Shown here: piece after piece, positions 48,366 through 57,741 of the stretch
Position numbering within the stretch: position 1 is the stretch's first letter
How the letters are laid out: each line of letters starts with the position of its first letter
Assembly (NCBI GenBank): GCA_002011035.2
Contig: MTLY02000001.1
Coordinates: 96,001 to 160,000 of the forward strand
Direction of reading: 5' to 3'
Source of the DNA: Candidatus Hecatella orcuttiae
GTDB lineage: Archaea; Thermoproteota; Bathyarchaeia; Hecatellales; Hecatellaceae
Length of the DNA: 64,000 bases
Translations under genes and position numbers: made by a program
Notes under the pieces: generated by a model
What the model was told of the DNA's origin: nothing
The model's input: only the letters and a program-made list of their open reading frames with translations
The model's database searches: none

Positions 48366-49571
48366 TTAAAGCATGAGCAAGTAGGGGTTCTCCAGCAGTT
48401 GTTTGACCTTCTGGAGAAACAGGGCTGCAGGCACCCCGTCGGTTATCCTGTGATCGAAGACCAGCGAGAGGACTGCCGTAGATTTGATGTGAAGAGAGCC
48501 GTTCTCTACCACGGGCTTTTTCACAGCCTTGCCCATCCCTAGGATGGCGCAGTGAGGAGGATTGATAACTGGAATGAAAACTTCCACACCATATCCGCCC
48601 AAGTTGGTGACGGTGAAAGTCCCCCCGGTTAGATCTTCCAACGTCAGCCGGCTGCTTCTGGCCTTCTCCGCCAAATGGCTGATAGCCTGGGATATTTCCA
48701 CCAGCGTTTTCCTGTCGGCGTTGGGGATCACCGGCGCGGTTAGGCCTTCAGACGTGTGGATGGCTACGGCGATGTTTATGTCCCTGAAAACCTTGACCTC
48801 GCCTCCCTCCAGAGACGAGTTGAGTATGGGATGGTCCTCCAAGGCCTTAGCGGCTGCCTTGACCAGTAGGGCGGTGACGGAGACTTCCTTGGAGGTTCCC
48901 ACCAGCTTCAGCGCATGCTCCATGTCCACCTCCATCGTTAACGTCGCGGGAACCGTTGTGCGGAAACTGTAGGAGAGCCGCTCCGCCACCGTCTTCCTCA
49001 CCCCTGAGAAAGGTATGCTCTCAGCTACCTCCGGGGCTCTGACTTCAAACCCCGTGGGCTCCAGCTGGGCTGCGGGCTTGACTTCAGGAGCCGCCTTCCC
49101 CATTTTCTTTTCCACAGCCCGAAGCACGTCTTCCCTGACTATTCTCCCACCGGGGCCTGTGCCCCTGAGGGTAGTCAGGTCTATTCCATGCTTTTCCGCA
49201 AGCTTCCGGGCGAGCGGAGAAGCCTTAACCCGCCGCTCCTCCCTCTCCAAGGTCGCTGCCGGCTTCTCACCAATGGCCGGAGCCGCAGCCTCAACCGGTG
49301 GGGGTTCGGCTGCTCCCACTTCTGGAAGCGGTTCCCCCGGCTCTCCGAGAAGGGCCATGACAGCGGCCACAGGGACGTCGGAGCCATCGCCGTAGATTAT
49401 CTTTCGGAGGACGCCCGACTGGGGAGCTGCCATTTCTAGGGTGGTTTTTTCGCCTTCCACCAACACTAAGGGTTCGCCTTTCCTGACGGGTTCTCCCTCC
49501 TTCTTGAGCCATCGGATGACCTTTCCGCTCTGCATGCCGGGGTCAAACCGGGGCATCATGATCTCGTGCAA
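48366..49571 (-). CDS. Dihydrolipoamide acyltransferase (E2), second copy
   Basis: VEGEK lipoyl site, ASPLARKLA...GTGPGGRI, FDHRITDG. Confidence 0.93.
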   Translation of the reverse strand: MHEIMMPRFDPGMQSGKVIRWLKKEGEPVRKGEPLVLVEGEKTTLEMAAPQSGVLRKIIYGDGSDVPVAAVMALLGEPGEPLPEVGAAEPPPVEAAAPAIGEKPAATLEREERRVKASPLARKLAEKHGIDLTTLRGTGPGGRIVREDVLRAVEKKMGKAAPEVKPAAQLEPTGFEVRAPEVAESIPFSGVRKTVAERLSYSFRTTVPATLTMEVDMEHALKLVGTSKEVSVTALLVKAAAKALEDHPILNSSLEGGEVKVFRDINIAVAIHTSEGLTAPVIPNADRKTLVEISQAISHLAEKARSSRLTLEDLTGGTFTVTNLGGYGVEVFIPVINPPHCAILGMGKAVKKPVVENGSLHIKSTAVLSLVFDHRITDGVPAALFLQKVKQLLENPYLLML

Positions 49572-49581
49572 GGATGATTCC

Positions 49582-50556
49582 TCATTTCAGCAGCTTGCGA
49601 GCGGCTTGAACTATCTTGTCACTGTTGGGCATGTATTCCCGCTCTAAGGAGGGGGAGAAGGGCACAGGCATGTCAGGGGAAGCCACCCGCAGGATGGGGG
49701 CGTCCAAGTAGTCGAAGGCTTCTTCCATCACCGAAGCGGCGATCTCGGCTCCTATGCCCCCTGTCTTAACGTCGTCCTCAGCTATGATAAGCACACCTGT
49801 TCTCCTGACCGAGTCTAGGATGGCTGCGAGATCCAAAGGCCGGAGGGACCTAGGGTCGATGACTTCGGCTTCGATGCCTTCCTCCTCCAGTTTCTGCGCG
49901 GCTGCTAGGGCTTCATGGACGGCCCTGGAAAAGGCGACGACGGTTAGGCTGTTTCCCCTCCTCTTGACCTCCGCCTTCCCCAAGGGGACAAAGTGTTCTC
50001 CTTCAGGGACAGGGCCTTTCATCCGGTAGAGAAGGCCTGTTTCCACGAACAGGACGGGGTCCTCATCTCTGATGGCCGCCTTCAGCAGGCCTTTGGCATC
50101 CGAGGGCGTGGATGGCAGGACAACTTTCAAACCTGGGACGTTAAGAAACCACACGGGGAAAAACTGGGAGTGCTGGGAGCCGTGAACCCTACCTAAGCTG
50201 TACTGGGTTCTCACCACCATGGGGACACTCAGCTTCCCCCCGCTCATGAAGCGCATCTTCGCCGCTTGGGTCACCAGCTGGTCGGAGCAAATGGTCATGA
50301 AATCCATATACATGATCTCAGCCACAGGCCTCAGCCCCATGAGGGCGGCGCCAATGGCTGAGCCGACGATGGCGCTTTCGGAAATGGGAGTATCCCTAAC
50401 TCTCTCAGGGCCGAACTCCTCCAAAAGGCCCTGAGTTACCTTGTAGGCTCCTCCGTAGACTCCGATGTCCTCTCCCATGAGAATAACCCGGGAGTCGCGT
50501 AGCATTTCCTCCCTCAATGCTTCACGTAGAGCTTCGCTGTAGGTCAGCTCCCTCAT
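49582..50556 (-). CDS. 2-oxoacid/acetoin dehydrogenase E1 beta, second copy
   Basis: GEDIG.YGG, DTPISE, QHSQ, AFDYLDAP. Confidence 0.92.
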   Translation of the reverse strand: MRELTYSEALREALREEMLRDSRVILMGEDIGVYGGAYKVTQGLLEEFGPERVRDTPISESAIVGSAIGAALMGLRPVAEIMYMDFMTICSDQLVTQAAKMRFMSGGKLSVPMVVRTQYSLGRVHGSQHSQFFPVWFLNVPGLKVVLPSTPSDAKGLLKAAIRDEDPVLFVETGLLYRMKGPVPEGEHFVPLGKAEVKRRGNSLTVVAFSRAVHEALAAAQKLEEEGIEAEVIDPRSLRPLDLAAILDSVRRTGVLIIAEDDVKTGGIGAEIAASVMEEAFDYLDAPILRVASPDMPVPFSPSLEREYMPNSDKIVQAARKLLK

Positions 50557-50557
50557 T

Positions 50558-51586
50558 TTACTCCCCTACAAAGTAGACGTACTTCTCCAACTCGGAGAAG
50601 GAGAGAACGTTGCTGCTCTGGGCGAACTTCACAGAATCCTCCACTTCCCTCTTTACCTCATTCTCCAAACTATCCATCTCAGCAGCCGTCAAAAGGCCGG
50701 CTTCAAGGACTACTCGACGGAAGCGGGTGAGAGGGTCCTTTTTCAACCCTTCCTCCACCTCGCCCGGAGGCCTGTACTCAGCCTTGTCGTAGACTCCGTG
50801 GCCCTTCCGCCTGTAGGTTTTGCATTCGAGGAAAGTAGGCCCTTCTCCCCTCCGGGCTCTTTCCGCCGCCTGCGCTGTCGCCGCGTAGACGGCTGCCACA
50901 TCGTTTCCGTTCACCGCCATGCAGTTCACGCCGTAGGCTAAACCCCTAGCGGCTATGCTTTCCACAGCCATGGTTCGCTCCACCTTGGTGGACATGGCAT
51001 ACATGTTATTTTCGCAAATGAAGAGCACTGGCACCCTCCAGAGAGCGGCCAAGTTCATTCCTTCATGGAAAGCCCCCGTGTTGACGGCTCCGTCTCCAAA
51101 GAAAACAGCTGCCACACGGCCGGCTTTCTCCCGCTGCAAAGCCAAGCCAACTCCCACGGCAATGGGTATGCCGCTTCCCACGATGGCGGAGGAATAAAGC
51201 GCCCCTTTTTCAGGGTAGATGGCCACATGCATGGAGCCCCCGAGGCCTTTACAGGTTCCTGCAGCCTTCCCGAAGAGCTCCGCCATCACCAGCCTTGGGG
51301 GAATGTCCTTAGCTAAGGCGTGGCCGTGGCCTCGATGGTTAGAGATTATCGGGTCATCGCTGCGTAGGGCTGCAACGGCTCCGACGGCTATGGCCTCCTG
51401 CCCATAGCACAGGTGCGCCGGGCCGATGAGCAAACCTTTGACGAGAAAGAGCTCCTCCACCTTCTCCTCGAACAGCCGTATCTCCACCATCTTCCTCCAC
51501 ATCCACAGCAACTTTTCTCTTGTGAGTCCATGTTTGGAGTAATCTGCGGGAGGAACGTCTTCAACGACGGAAACCGAAGCCACCAT
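50558..51586 (-). CDS. 2-oxoacid/acetoin dehydrogenase E1 alpha, second copy
   Basis: HL..GQEA, HRGHGH, GGSMH, GDGA...ENN. Confidence 0.92.
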   Translation of the reverse strand: MVASVSVVEDVPPADYSKHGLTREKLLWMWRKMVEIRLFEEKVEELFLVKGLLIGPAHLCYGQEAIAVGAVAALRSDDPIISNHRGHGHALAKDIPPRLVMAELFGKAAGTCKGLGGSMHVAIYPEKGALYSSAIVGSGIPIAVGVGLALQREKAGRVAAVFFGDGAVNTGAFHEGMNLAALWRVPVLFICENNMYAMSTKVERTMAVESIAARGLAYGVNCMAVNGNDVAAVYAATAQAAERARRGEGPTFLECKTYRRKGHGVYDKAEYRPPGEVEEGLKKDPLTRFRRVVLEAGLLTAAEMDSLENEVKREVEDSVKFAQSSNVLSFSELEKYVYFVGE

Positions 51587-51748
51587 CCACCGCCTCTACT
51601 TAAGGTGAATCTGATAATTTTAAAAGTTTTTACACAGAACCCTATGCGCAGCATTTCCGCGGAAAAAATTTTCCGTTCTTGAGGGCTCTCTTAACTCTTG
51701 GAAAAGATTAAAAACATAGGGAGGCAACATAAATTTGCGGTGAAACCC

Positions 51749-52012
51749 ATGGTCTTGCTTTGCTACACTTGCAAAAGCGGGCTCATCTACTTCTCCAGCG
51801 ACTTCGCCTCCACCCGCTACTACTGCCCCACCTGTAAAAAATTCTACACCATAGCCCGAACCTCGCCTCCGGAAAAGAAGACCGTTAAGAGGCCGCCTCC
51901 AAGGAAGGCGCTGCGGACTGTTAAAAAAGTCGGTGCCAAAAAGATTCTCAAGAAAACCAAGAAGAAAGGCGCGCCTAAAAGGGTGAAAAGGAAAAAGGCT
52001 GGGAAAAGCTAA
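51749..52012 (+). CDS. 87-aa zinc-ribbon protein with Lys/Arg-rich tail
   Basis: ATG 51749 with GGTGA SD and TATA at about 51701-51714; CYTC...CPTC then KKTVKR...KKILKKTKKKGAPKRVKRKKAGKS. Confidence 0.7.
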   Translation: MVLLCYTCKSGLIYFSSDFASTRYYCPTCKKFYTIARTSPPEKKTVKRPPPRKALRTVKKVGAKKILKKTKKKGAPKRVKRKKAGKS

Positions 52013-52240
52013 CTCTTCCCCCTTTAGGAAACTATCCTCCGCTACATGGTTTTGCGGCGCTAAGCTATACCTTCACTTCTAACGATGATAGGCACTTGAA
52101 GGGGGATAGCATTCGCAGTCAAACTCGTGGCAAATAGACCGGTAGGATACGCAGGATAGTTCCAACTTCGTTTTACGAGTTCTTTCTCTGTTGCGAAAAG
52201 TCTGAGGGGTAAGTAGGTTGGGAAATATTTTATTTCAGGA

Positions 52241-54631
52241 TTATCGTTGAATAGCTTGTTTTATTAATTCATTGTATTCTCCCCAGACCTCAGCTGCTGG
52301 TTTAGAGCGAAATCCAGGACCCGGGTCGCTTGGTAGGTGAATGTAACTATAGTCTCTTCCGAGAACTAGTTCAATATAACCCCGCTCTGCAACCGATTGC
52401 ATAAAAGCATTTGCAAGACGTTCATGCTCGCTGAGATCAACAGTATAATCTTCCGATTTCTTTACAACAAGATATGGTTCGGTAACGCTTTTACCGCTTG
52501 CAGCTCCCTCTATTGTGTTGTAAGTAAACCACATAGCAATTGGAACATTATAGTGATCATAAATTTGTTTGACCTGGGTATCAAATAGGCTGTCAAAGGC
52601 TGCTTTCATCTCCTCAACACTTGCATTTGACGGAACACCCAAGTCTACTTGACTGAAACCTGGATCAAGCAGATCTAAATTAGAAAAGTACGTCATCCTT
52701 GTCCCCCAATGTACCGGTGAATACAATTTTCCAGAATAGACTTTTCTAGTTTCCGTGATAAGTTGATTCATCCTCTCATCAATCAAATCAATGTACTGAT
52801 CAGTTACACACGGAGGAGGGGACGGAATCTGTATCACCTCAATACCTGCCTCTTCTGCAACCTTTGCAAACCCTATGAAGAAAAGCTCCATCTGGTCAAA
52901 CCAAGCATTATACCACTCAGCACTAATTCCAGTGTTCACATGCTCATCAAAGAACTGTTGGTATTCGTAACTGAAACCAATTACTTGGAAAACAATTACT
53001 TTAAGACCTTTACCATGCGCAATCTCTACAGCCTCTTTCAAGTCTTCCATCGGTGTAAACCAGAATTGGAACCTCGGTTCAGGTTCTACTCTGAGGTAGT
53101 CAGTTATCATGGATATGCCGACATAATCATGCCTCTCTCTAACCAAATCATCTGTAAGCCCATCAAAATTTGTTAGAAAGTTAGGCGCCCACCAATCAAA
53201 TGTGTTGTGCCCTACAGCAAACTCTGAACGTGGCGCAATGCTCACATTCGTGTTTATAGCTGTTGTTCTTTCACCATAATCACTGAAGGGCCATTTCTCA
53301 ACAACGTCATTAACCACCTGATCAACTGTTCCCACGACAATGCGGCGGCGCTCTTGCGGTGTCGGATCGATTATTTCGCAACCTTCTCCCGGGATTCCAT
53401 GTGCATAATTGTATTCAATAACATAGCCTGGCTTAACAAATATTTCTAATTGATATTGATTTTCACCAACTTTATGCATCGGAATATTTTCAAAAAGAAT
53501 ATTCTCTTTCGGATGCGTTTCAGGCGGTGTTCGCAGATTAAACGTTATCTTACTGTATTCCCTAAAACTATTAAGATGATCGTTAATTTGGGTTGTCGTA
53601 GGAGTTACAATAAATCTCCTAACCTGTATGCCGGAACCGTCGCTTGCCGGCTCTGCGCTAAGATGAACCCCGCCAAACGTATAAACATATTCGAGATACT
53701 GGCCGCCATAGAATTCAAGAGTTGTAGTAAACGTTTTATCATCCCGTGTAGTTAGTATCGGCGCACGTTCCATATATGAAATTGGACCCTGCGACATGAA
53801 GGTTCCAAGCTTATACGTGTTCCCAACGATTCTTAGTTTGTCCGGAAGCTCCTCAGCTGTCTCTACAGTGAATACTACTGTTACCTTTTCTGCTTTTTCT
53901 AATTGCACATCCAAGTTTAACGATTGATCCGTTGACAGATCAGCTTGTTTCGACTGCGATTTGAAATCATGCAACTCTGTGAAGAATGTGACAAGGTGTT
54001 TTCCTGGGGGTAGATAGAGTGAGTAAGTTCCATCATACCCAGTATACGTTTTTACCCCGCCGGCGACAACTAGAACGTTAAAGATCGGGGTGCCATCGTT
54101 ATCTGTCACTCTTCCTTGCAGCAAGTTAACTGGACCGTCGTAGAGTTTGAGTTGCTTCCATCCGGAAACAGTGTCTTCTATTTTGGTAAGGTCAGGGTGA
54201 ACTTTTACTACACGAAACGGATCAAATGATTCCGGGCCTATTGATTCCGATCTCACCCCTTCTTCACCACCGAGTACAAGTGTATAAGTATAGTAAAGAA
54301 AGGTATTAGTTGGCAATTGGACTGCCCCAGTCGCCCTGTCACCGTCTCTTTCCAAGGTTACTTGCACCCACGGTTCATTAGTAAAAGATAGAGCTGCAAA
54401 GATTATGTCTGCATTGTCTGGTGTCGTTTTCGGAATCTTGAGAGAAATCTCTACTGTCTGTGTTAGAAACGGCTGTAACGTTAGATTTGTTTGCCTCGGA
54501 GGCTGCTGCAATGTGTCTGGACCACTAGGCGGCGTTTGAACGTAGCCGCCAATAAAAATTACCCCAACTATCACCAATATTAAGACACTATAAATCATAA
54601 ATCTTTTCAGGCTTCTTTTCATCAGCGACAT
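52241..54631 (-). CDS. Membrane-anchored multidomain protein: three CBM20-like repeats, carboxypeptidase-regulatory-like domain, GH113-like TIM barrel
   Basis: N-terminal TM; three repeats ending Y.Y...E...R....I.D.V..W; GRVTD.DG.PI..V.V; AH.KGLKV and RKVYSGKL barrel motifs. Confidence 0.65.
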   Translation of the reverse strand: MSLMKRSLKRFMIYSVLILVIVGVIFIGGYVQTPPSGPDTLQQPPRQTNLTLQPFLTQTVEISLKIPKTTPDNADIIFAALSFTNEPWVQVTLERDGDRATGAVQLPTNTFLYYTYTLVLGGEEGVRSESIGPESFDPFRVVKVHPDLTKIEDTVSGWKQLKLYDGPVNLLQGRVTDNDGTPIFNVLVVAGGVKTYTGYDGTYSLYLPPGKHLVTFFTELHDFKSQSKQADLSTDQSLNLDVQLEKAEKVTVVFTVETAEELPDKLRIVGNTYKLGTFMSQGPISYMERAPILTTRDDKTFTTTLEFYGGQYLEYVYTFGGVHLSAEPASDGSGIQVRRFIVTPTTTQINDHLNSFREYSKITFNLRTPPETHPKENILFENIPMHKVGENQYQLEIFVKPGYVIEYNYAHGIPGEGCEIIDPTPQERRRIVVGTVDQVVNDVVEKWPFSDYGERTTAINTNVSIAPRSEFAVGHNTFDWWAPNFLTNFDGLTDDLVRERHDYVGISMITDYLRVEPEPRFQFWFTPMEDLKEAVEIAHGKGLKVIVFQVIGFSYEYQQFFDEHVNTGISAEWYNAWFDQMELFFIGFAKVAEEAGIEVIQIPSPPPCVTDQYIDLIDERMNQLITETRKVYSGKLYSPVHWGTRMTYFSNLDLLDPGFSQVDLGVPSNASVEEMKAAFDSLFDTQVKQIYDHYNVPIAMWFTYNTIEGAASGKSVTEPYLVVKKSEDYTVDLSEHERLANAFMQSVAERGYIELVLGRDYSYIHLPSDPGPGFRSKPAAEVWGEYNELIKQAIQR

Positions 54632-54795
54632 CTCATCCGAATTATGAAAGAGCCAAAAGGGTTATTATTGCCTTATACCTATAACCTTACTATACCAATG
54701 TCGATAAAAAGATTGTTCTATGGTCTCGACCCACAAAAACACTAATTAACGAAATGGGTATTTACAAATAAATCCGACACCAAAACTATCTCACT

Positions 54796-55104
54796 ATGCC
54801 TTTATACAACATGACTGTTTCCCTATTTTCCAGTCCATTACACCTTTCTTCTAATGCTGAGGGCCTCCCTTTATCTCATAAGAGAAAAAACGAGCAGAGT
54901 ACGCTTCTCGAAAAACTTGGAAACGCTGTAATGAAAGGGAAACCGCGAGACATTCACAGGACCTCCTCACTTTTTAGGTATCGCACAGCGACCGTTACAA
55001 CAATAGAGTTCATCCGATAGTTTAAACGATGTCTAAGGCTAGGCCATAGCATCATTGAACTAGTCAGGCCAGTGTTTAAACTCTTGGCTTCACACCAAAG
55101 ATAA
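54796..55104 (+). pseudogene. Possible decayed tyrosine-integrase C-terminal fragment
   Basis: ...PLHLSSNAEGLPLS...LLEKL...(PH, shifted frame)FRYRTAT...*...LGHS, ending about 45 bp from the tRNA-Arg 3' end. Confidence 0.35.
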
Positions 55105-55149
55105 GCAAACTGACAGTAAAAGAGATCATGGCTGAAACTCTGAAAATAG

Positions 55150-55225
55150 CGGGCCCGAGGGGATTTGAACCCCTGATCTTCGGCTCCGAAGGCCGATGCG
55201 TTGGTCCTGACTGCGCTACGGGCCC
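55150..55225 (-). tRNA. tRNA-Arg(TCG), intronless, CCA not encoded
   Basis: GGGCCCG acceptor, TCGGC-CTTCGGA-GCCGA anticodon arm, GGTTCAAATCC T arm. Confidence 0.93.
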
Positions 55226-55338
55226 TCTTCTTCTCCGTGAGGAGGGTTCTTAAAGATTTATCTAGGGCTTCTTTCTATAAGTTTTTCTAGCTTGATGGGG
55301 TTCCTCCCCTCGTTTTCGGAAAGTAGGGTTGATGTGGG

Positions 55339-56073
55339 TTGAAGACTGAAACTCATACCCGAGACTTGGAGTTCAGGCTGATGACTATCAAGATGTTGAA
55401 CACCATCAAAAAGAAGCATACTTATAGGGAGATTTCCCAGTGGACAGGGCTGCCGGTGACTGTGCTGAGCCGTTATGTGAAGGGACATGTCCTCCCTGCC
55501 TCCAAGAGGTCTAGGGAGATATGGAATTCTCTTCAAAAAGTCGCTGACTTGGAAAATACGCTCCTGTCAAGGATTAAATTTGATGACATGGGCTATTTTG
55601 ACAACACTCAGATTGTGTGGGATACGTCCCTCCTCCGCCTTGCAACCCAGTATGTGGTCGCTAAGTTTGCTGGAAGGAGGATAACGAAAATTCTAACAGC
55701 CGCCGTGGACGGAATTCCCCCTGCTACCCTCGTAGCTAGCTCTCTGGATGTGGATTTGGTGGTGGCTAAAAAAACTAGGGAGGTAGGGGTTAAAGATTAC
55801 GTAGAAGAAAGCTACGTGCCCCAAGACTCTGGGGTGGTGGTCACCTTCTACGTGCCCAAGGACTCCATCAAGAAGGGGGACAGCGTCCTCATAGTAGACG
55901 ACATCGCTAGGACGGGGGAGACCCAGGAGGCCCTCATCCACCTCATCCACAAGATGAGAGGAGAAGTAGCCGGGATATTCGTCTTGGTTGGAGTAGGCGA
56001 AGAATGGAAAACCAAGCTCAGCATACCCCCAAATTGCCCAGTAGAGGCATTGGCTGAAATACAGAAGAAATAA
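55339..56073 (+). CDS. HTH plus phosphoribosyltransferase-domain protein (PurR-like regulator)
   Basis: TYREIS..TGLP.TVLSRYV.G HTH; VLIVDDIARTGET PRPP-binding loop. Confidence 0.85.
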   Translation: MKTETHTRDLEFRLMTIKMLNTIKKKHTYREISQWTGLPVTVLSRYVKGHVLPASKRSREIWNSLQKVADLENTLLSRIKFDDMGYFDNTQIVWDTSLLRLATQYVVAKFAGRRITKILTAAVDGIPPATLVASSLDVDLVVAKKTREVGVKDYVEESYVPQDSGVVVTFYVPKDSIKKGDSVLIVDDIARTGETQEALIHLIHKMRGEVAGIFVLVGVGEEWKTKLSIPPNCPVEALAEIQKK

Positions 56074-56110
56074 CCAGATAAGCCCTCGCAGCCTGTTTAA
56101 AAGGGACAGA

Positions 56111-57148
56111 CTATCTTCCGTCAGACGCGTCTAGCAGAGCTCTAATTTTTGGGGGTTTAACTTCTATTACCCCCTTTTCGGTGATCAGGGCGGAAACCAG
56201 ATGAGGGGGGGTTATATCAAAGGCGGGGTTGAATGTTTTAATTCCCTTGGGAGCTATTCTCAACCCGCCCAATTCCAATACCTCTTTTGGGTTTCTTTCT
56301 TCGATGACCACTTCCTCCACAGAGTTTTCGGAATCTATGGTGGTGGTAGGCGCTGCCACGTAGAAAGGGATACCGTGCTCCTTAGCTAGAACGGCGATGG
56401 TGTAGGTTCCAATTTTGTTGATAACATGACCTGACATCAGAATGCGATCCGCTCCAACGAGCACCTTGTCTATGATCCCCTGAGCCATCAGATAGCCAAC
56501 CATGTTGTCGGTAATGAGAGCGAAAGGAATTCTCTTTCGCTTCAGTTCATAAGCTGTAAGGCGGGCGCCTTGAAGGAGAGGCCTAGTCTCAGTTGCTATC
56601 ACCCTTATGTTTTTACCTCTCCGATGAGCCGCGGCTATTACTCCTAAAGCAGTACCATATTCTACGGTAGCCAGTTCACCGGCATTGCAATGGGTGAGGA
56701 CAGTATCCCCAGTGTCGATCAATTCTGCCCCGTGGAGGCTTAAGGCACGGTTAACTTTTGCATCCTCAGCAATCAGTTCTAAACATTTTTTGATCAGATA
56801 TCTCCGCAACTCTTTGAGACTACACGGATGTTCTTCTGCCATTTTCAAAACAGCGTCGACAGAGTTAAACAGATTCACAGCCGTGGGGCGTGTGGTCTTT
56901 ATCAACACCGCTGTTTTTTGAAGCTCCTTCAGAAGACTGGCTCTGCTTTTAGCTTTTGACTTGTAAACAGTTTGAGCCAAAGCTAAAGCAGCAGCGGCGC
57001 CCAGAAGGGGGGCTCCTCGAATTTTCATGTTTTTTATCGCCTTCGCTATTTGGTTTGGTGTTCTCAGCTTAAGGTGAACCAGCCTATGGGGAAGGAGAGT
57101 CTGGTCTACGGTAATGACCACGCCGTCTTTCCATCGAATAGTCTTCAA
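56111..57148 (-). CDS. mtnA: S-methyl-5-thioribose-1-phosphate isomerase (eIF2B-like family)
   Basis: DQTLLP, IRGAP, RPTAVNL, THCNAG.LAT, ETRP..QG.RLT, NPAFDITP. Confidence 0.92.
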   Translation of the reverse strand: MKTIRWKDGVVITVDQTLLPHRLVHLKLRTPNQIAKAIKNMKIRGAPLLGAAAALALAQTVYKSKAKSRASLLKELQKTAVLIKTTRPTAVNLFNSVDAVLKMAEEHPCSLKELRRYLIKKCLELIAEDAKVNRALSLHGAELIDTGDTVLTHCNAGELATVEYGTALGVIAAAHRRGKNIRVIATETRPLLQGARLTAYELKRKRIPFALITDNMVGYLMAQGIIDKVLVGADRILMSGHVINKIGTYTIAVLAKEHGIPFYVAAPTTTIDSENSVEEVVIEERNPKEVLELGGLRIAPKGIKTFNPAFDITPPHLVSALITEKGVIEVKPPKIRALLDASDGR

Positions 57149-57328
57149 ACCTTCAACTCCCAGACAAGTAATCTTATACTAACATTTCTGCCCGTAATAA
57201 AAAAGATACGCCAAGTCAGAGTAGCGGGCCCGGCATACCCTCGCTAACTTTATGGAAGGGAGATGAAGAGTTAAGGCTTAAATATTAGTATTACTTTTAT
57301 TTATAAAAATAATATTGATGAAAAATGA

Positions 57329-57634
57329 ATGGTATGCTACATCGTTCCTCTGGCTATGGCTGTACTGCTGTCCGCTCTCTGGGGCTTCTCGAAAAGAGGT
57401 ATTCAAGGATTCTGGCTTAACTTGATGCTTTACGGAGCCGCCTTCTTCGTAGTCGACCATCTCTGGCACGGAGAACTCTTTCTCACCTCAGCAAACTGGG
57501 TTGCCGATCTAGCCTTGGGGGGAATCATTACTAGTGTAATATTTGGGGCATAGGGTCTGACGCTGGGCGTTGTCAAAGTAAAACCTGCCCTCGCCTACCG
57601 CACTGGCATTCTAAAACACCGAGAACTACACTGA
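57329..57634 (+). pseudogene. Small membrane protein interrupted by in-frame TAG (57551-53), or a 74-aa CDS
   Basis: MVCYIVPLA...WLNLMLYG...DHLWHGELF...DLALG; TAG falls within a hydrophobic helix and the frame continues 26 codons. Confidence 0.5.
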
Positions 57635-57741
57635 ATTCTAACCAAAACCAGCTAACTTTATATCAGAGTATCTGCCATTCTGCAAAGGAGAGATAATAGG
57701 CTAAACCAAAAAACGACACGTACTTTATTCGGGATAATTCC

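Noticed and set aside
51654-51675. Palindrome TTTCCGCGGAAA in a divergent promoter
   Set aside because: Single short instance with no second copy noticed; cannot be distinguished from chance.
22923-55188. 40-bp exact direct repeat (22923-22962 and 55149-55188) suggesting attL/attR of a 32-kb element
   Set aside because: Both copies are 3' halves of complete isoacceptor tRNA-Arg genes, which normally share these arms. The enclosed genes look chromosomal, with no intact integrase, replication or virion genes.
57222-57232. 11-bp match (tagcgggcccg) to the tRNA-Arg(TCG) 3' end
   Set aside because: Too short, and on the 5' side of the tRNA, the wrong side for an att duplication.
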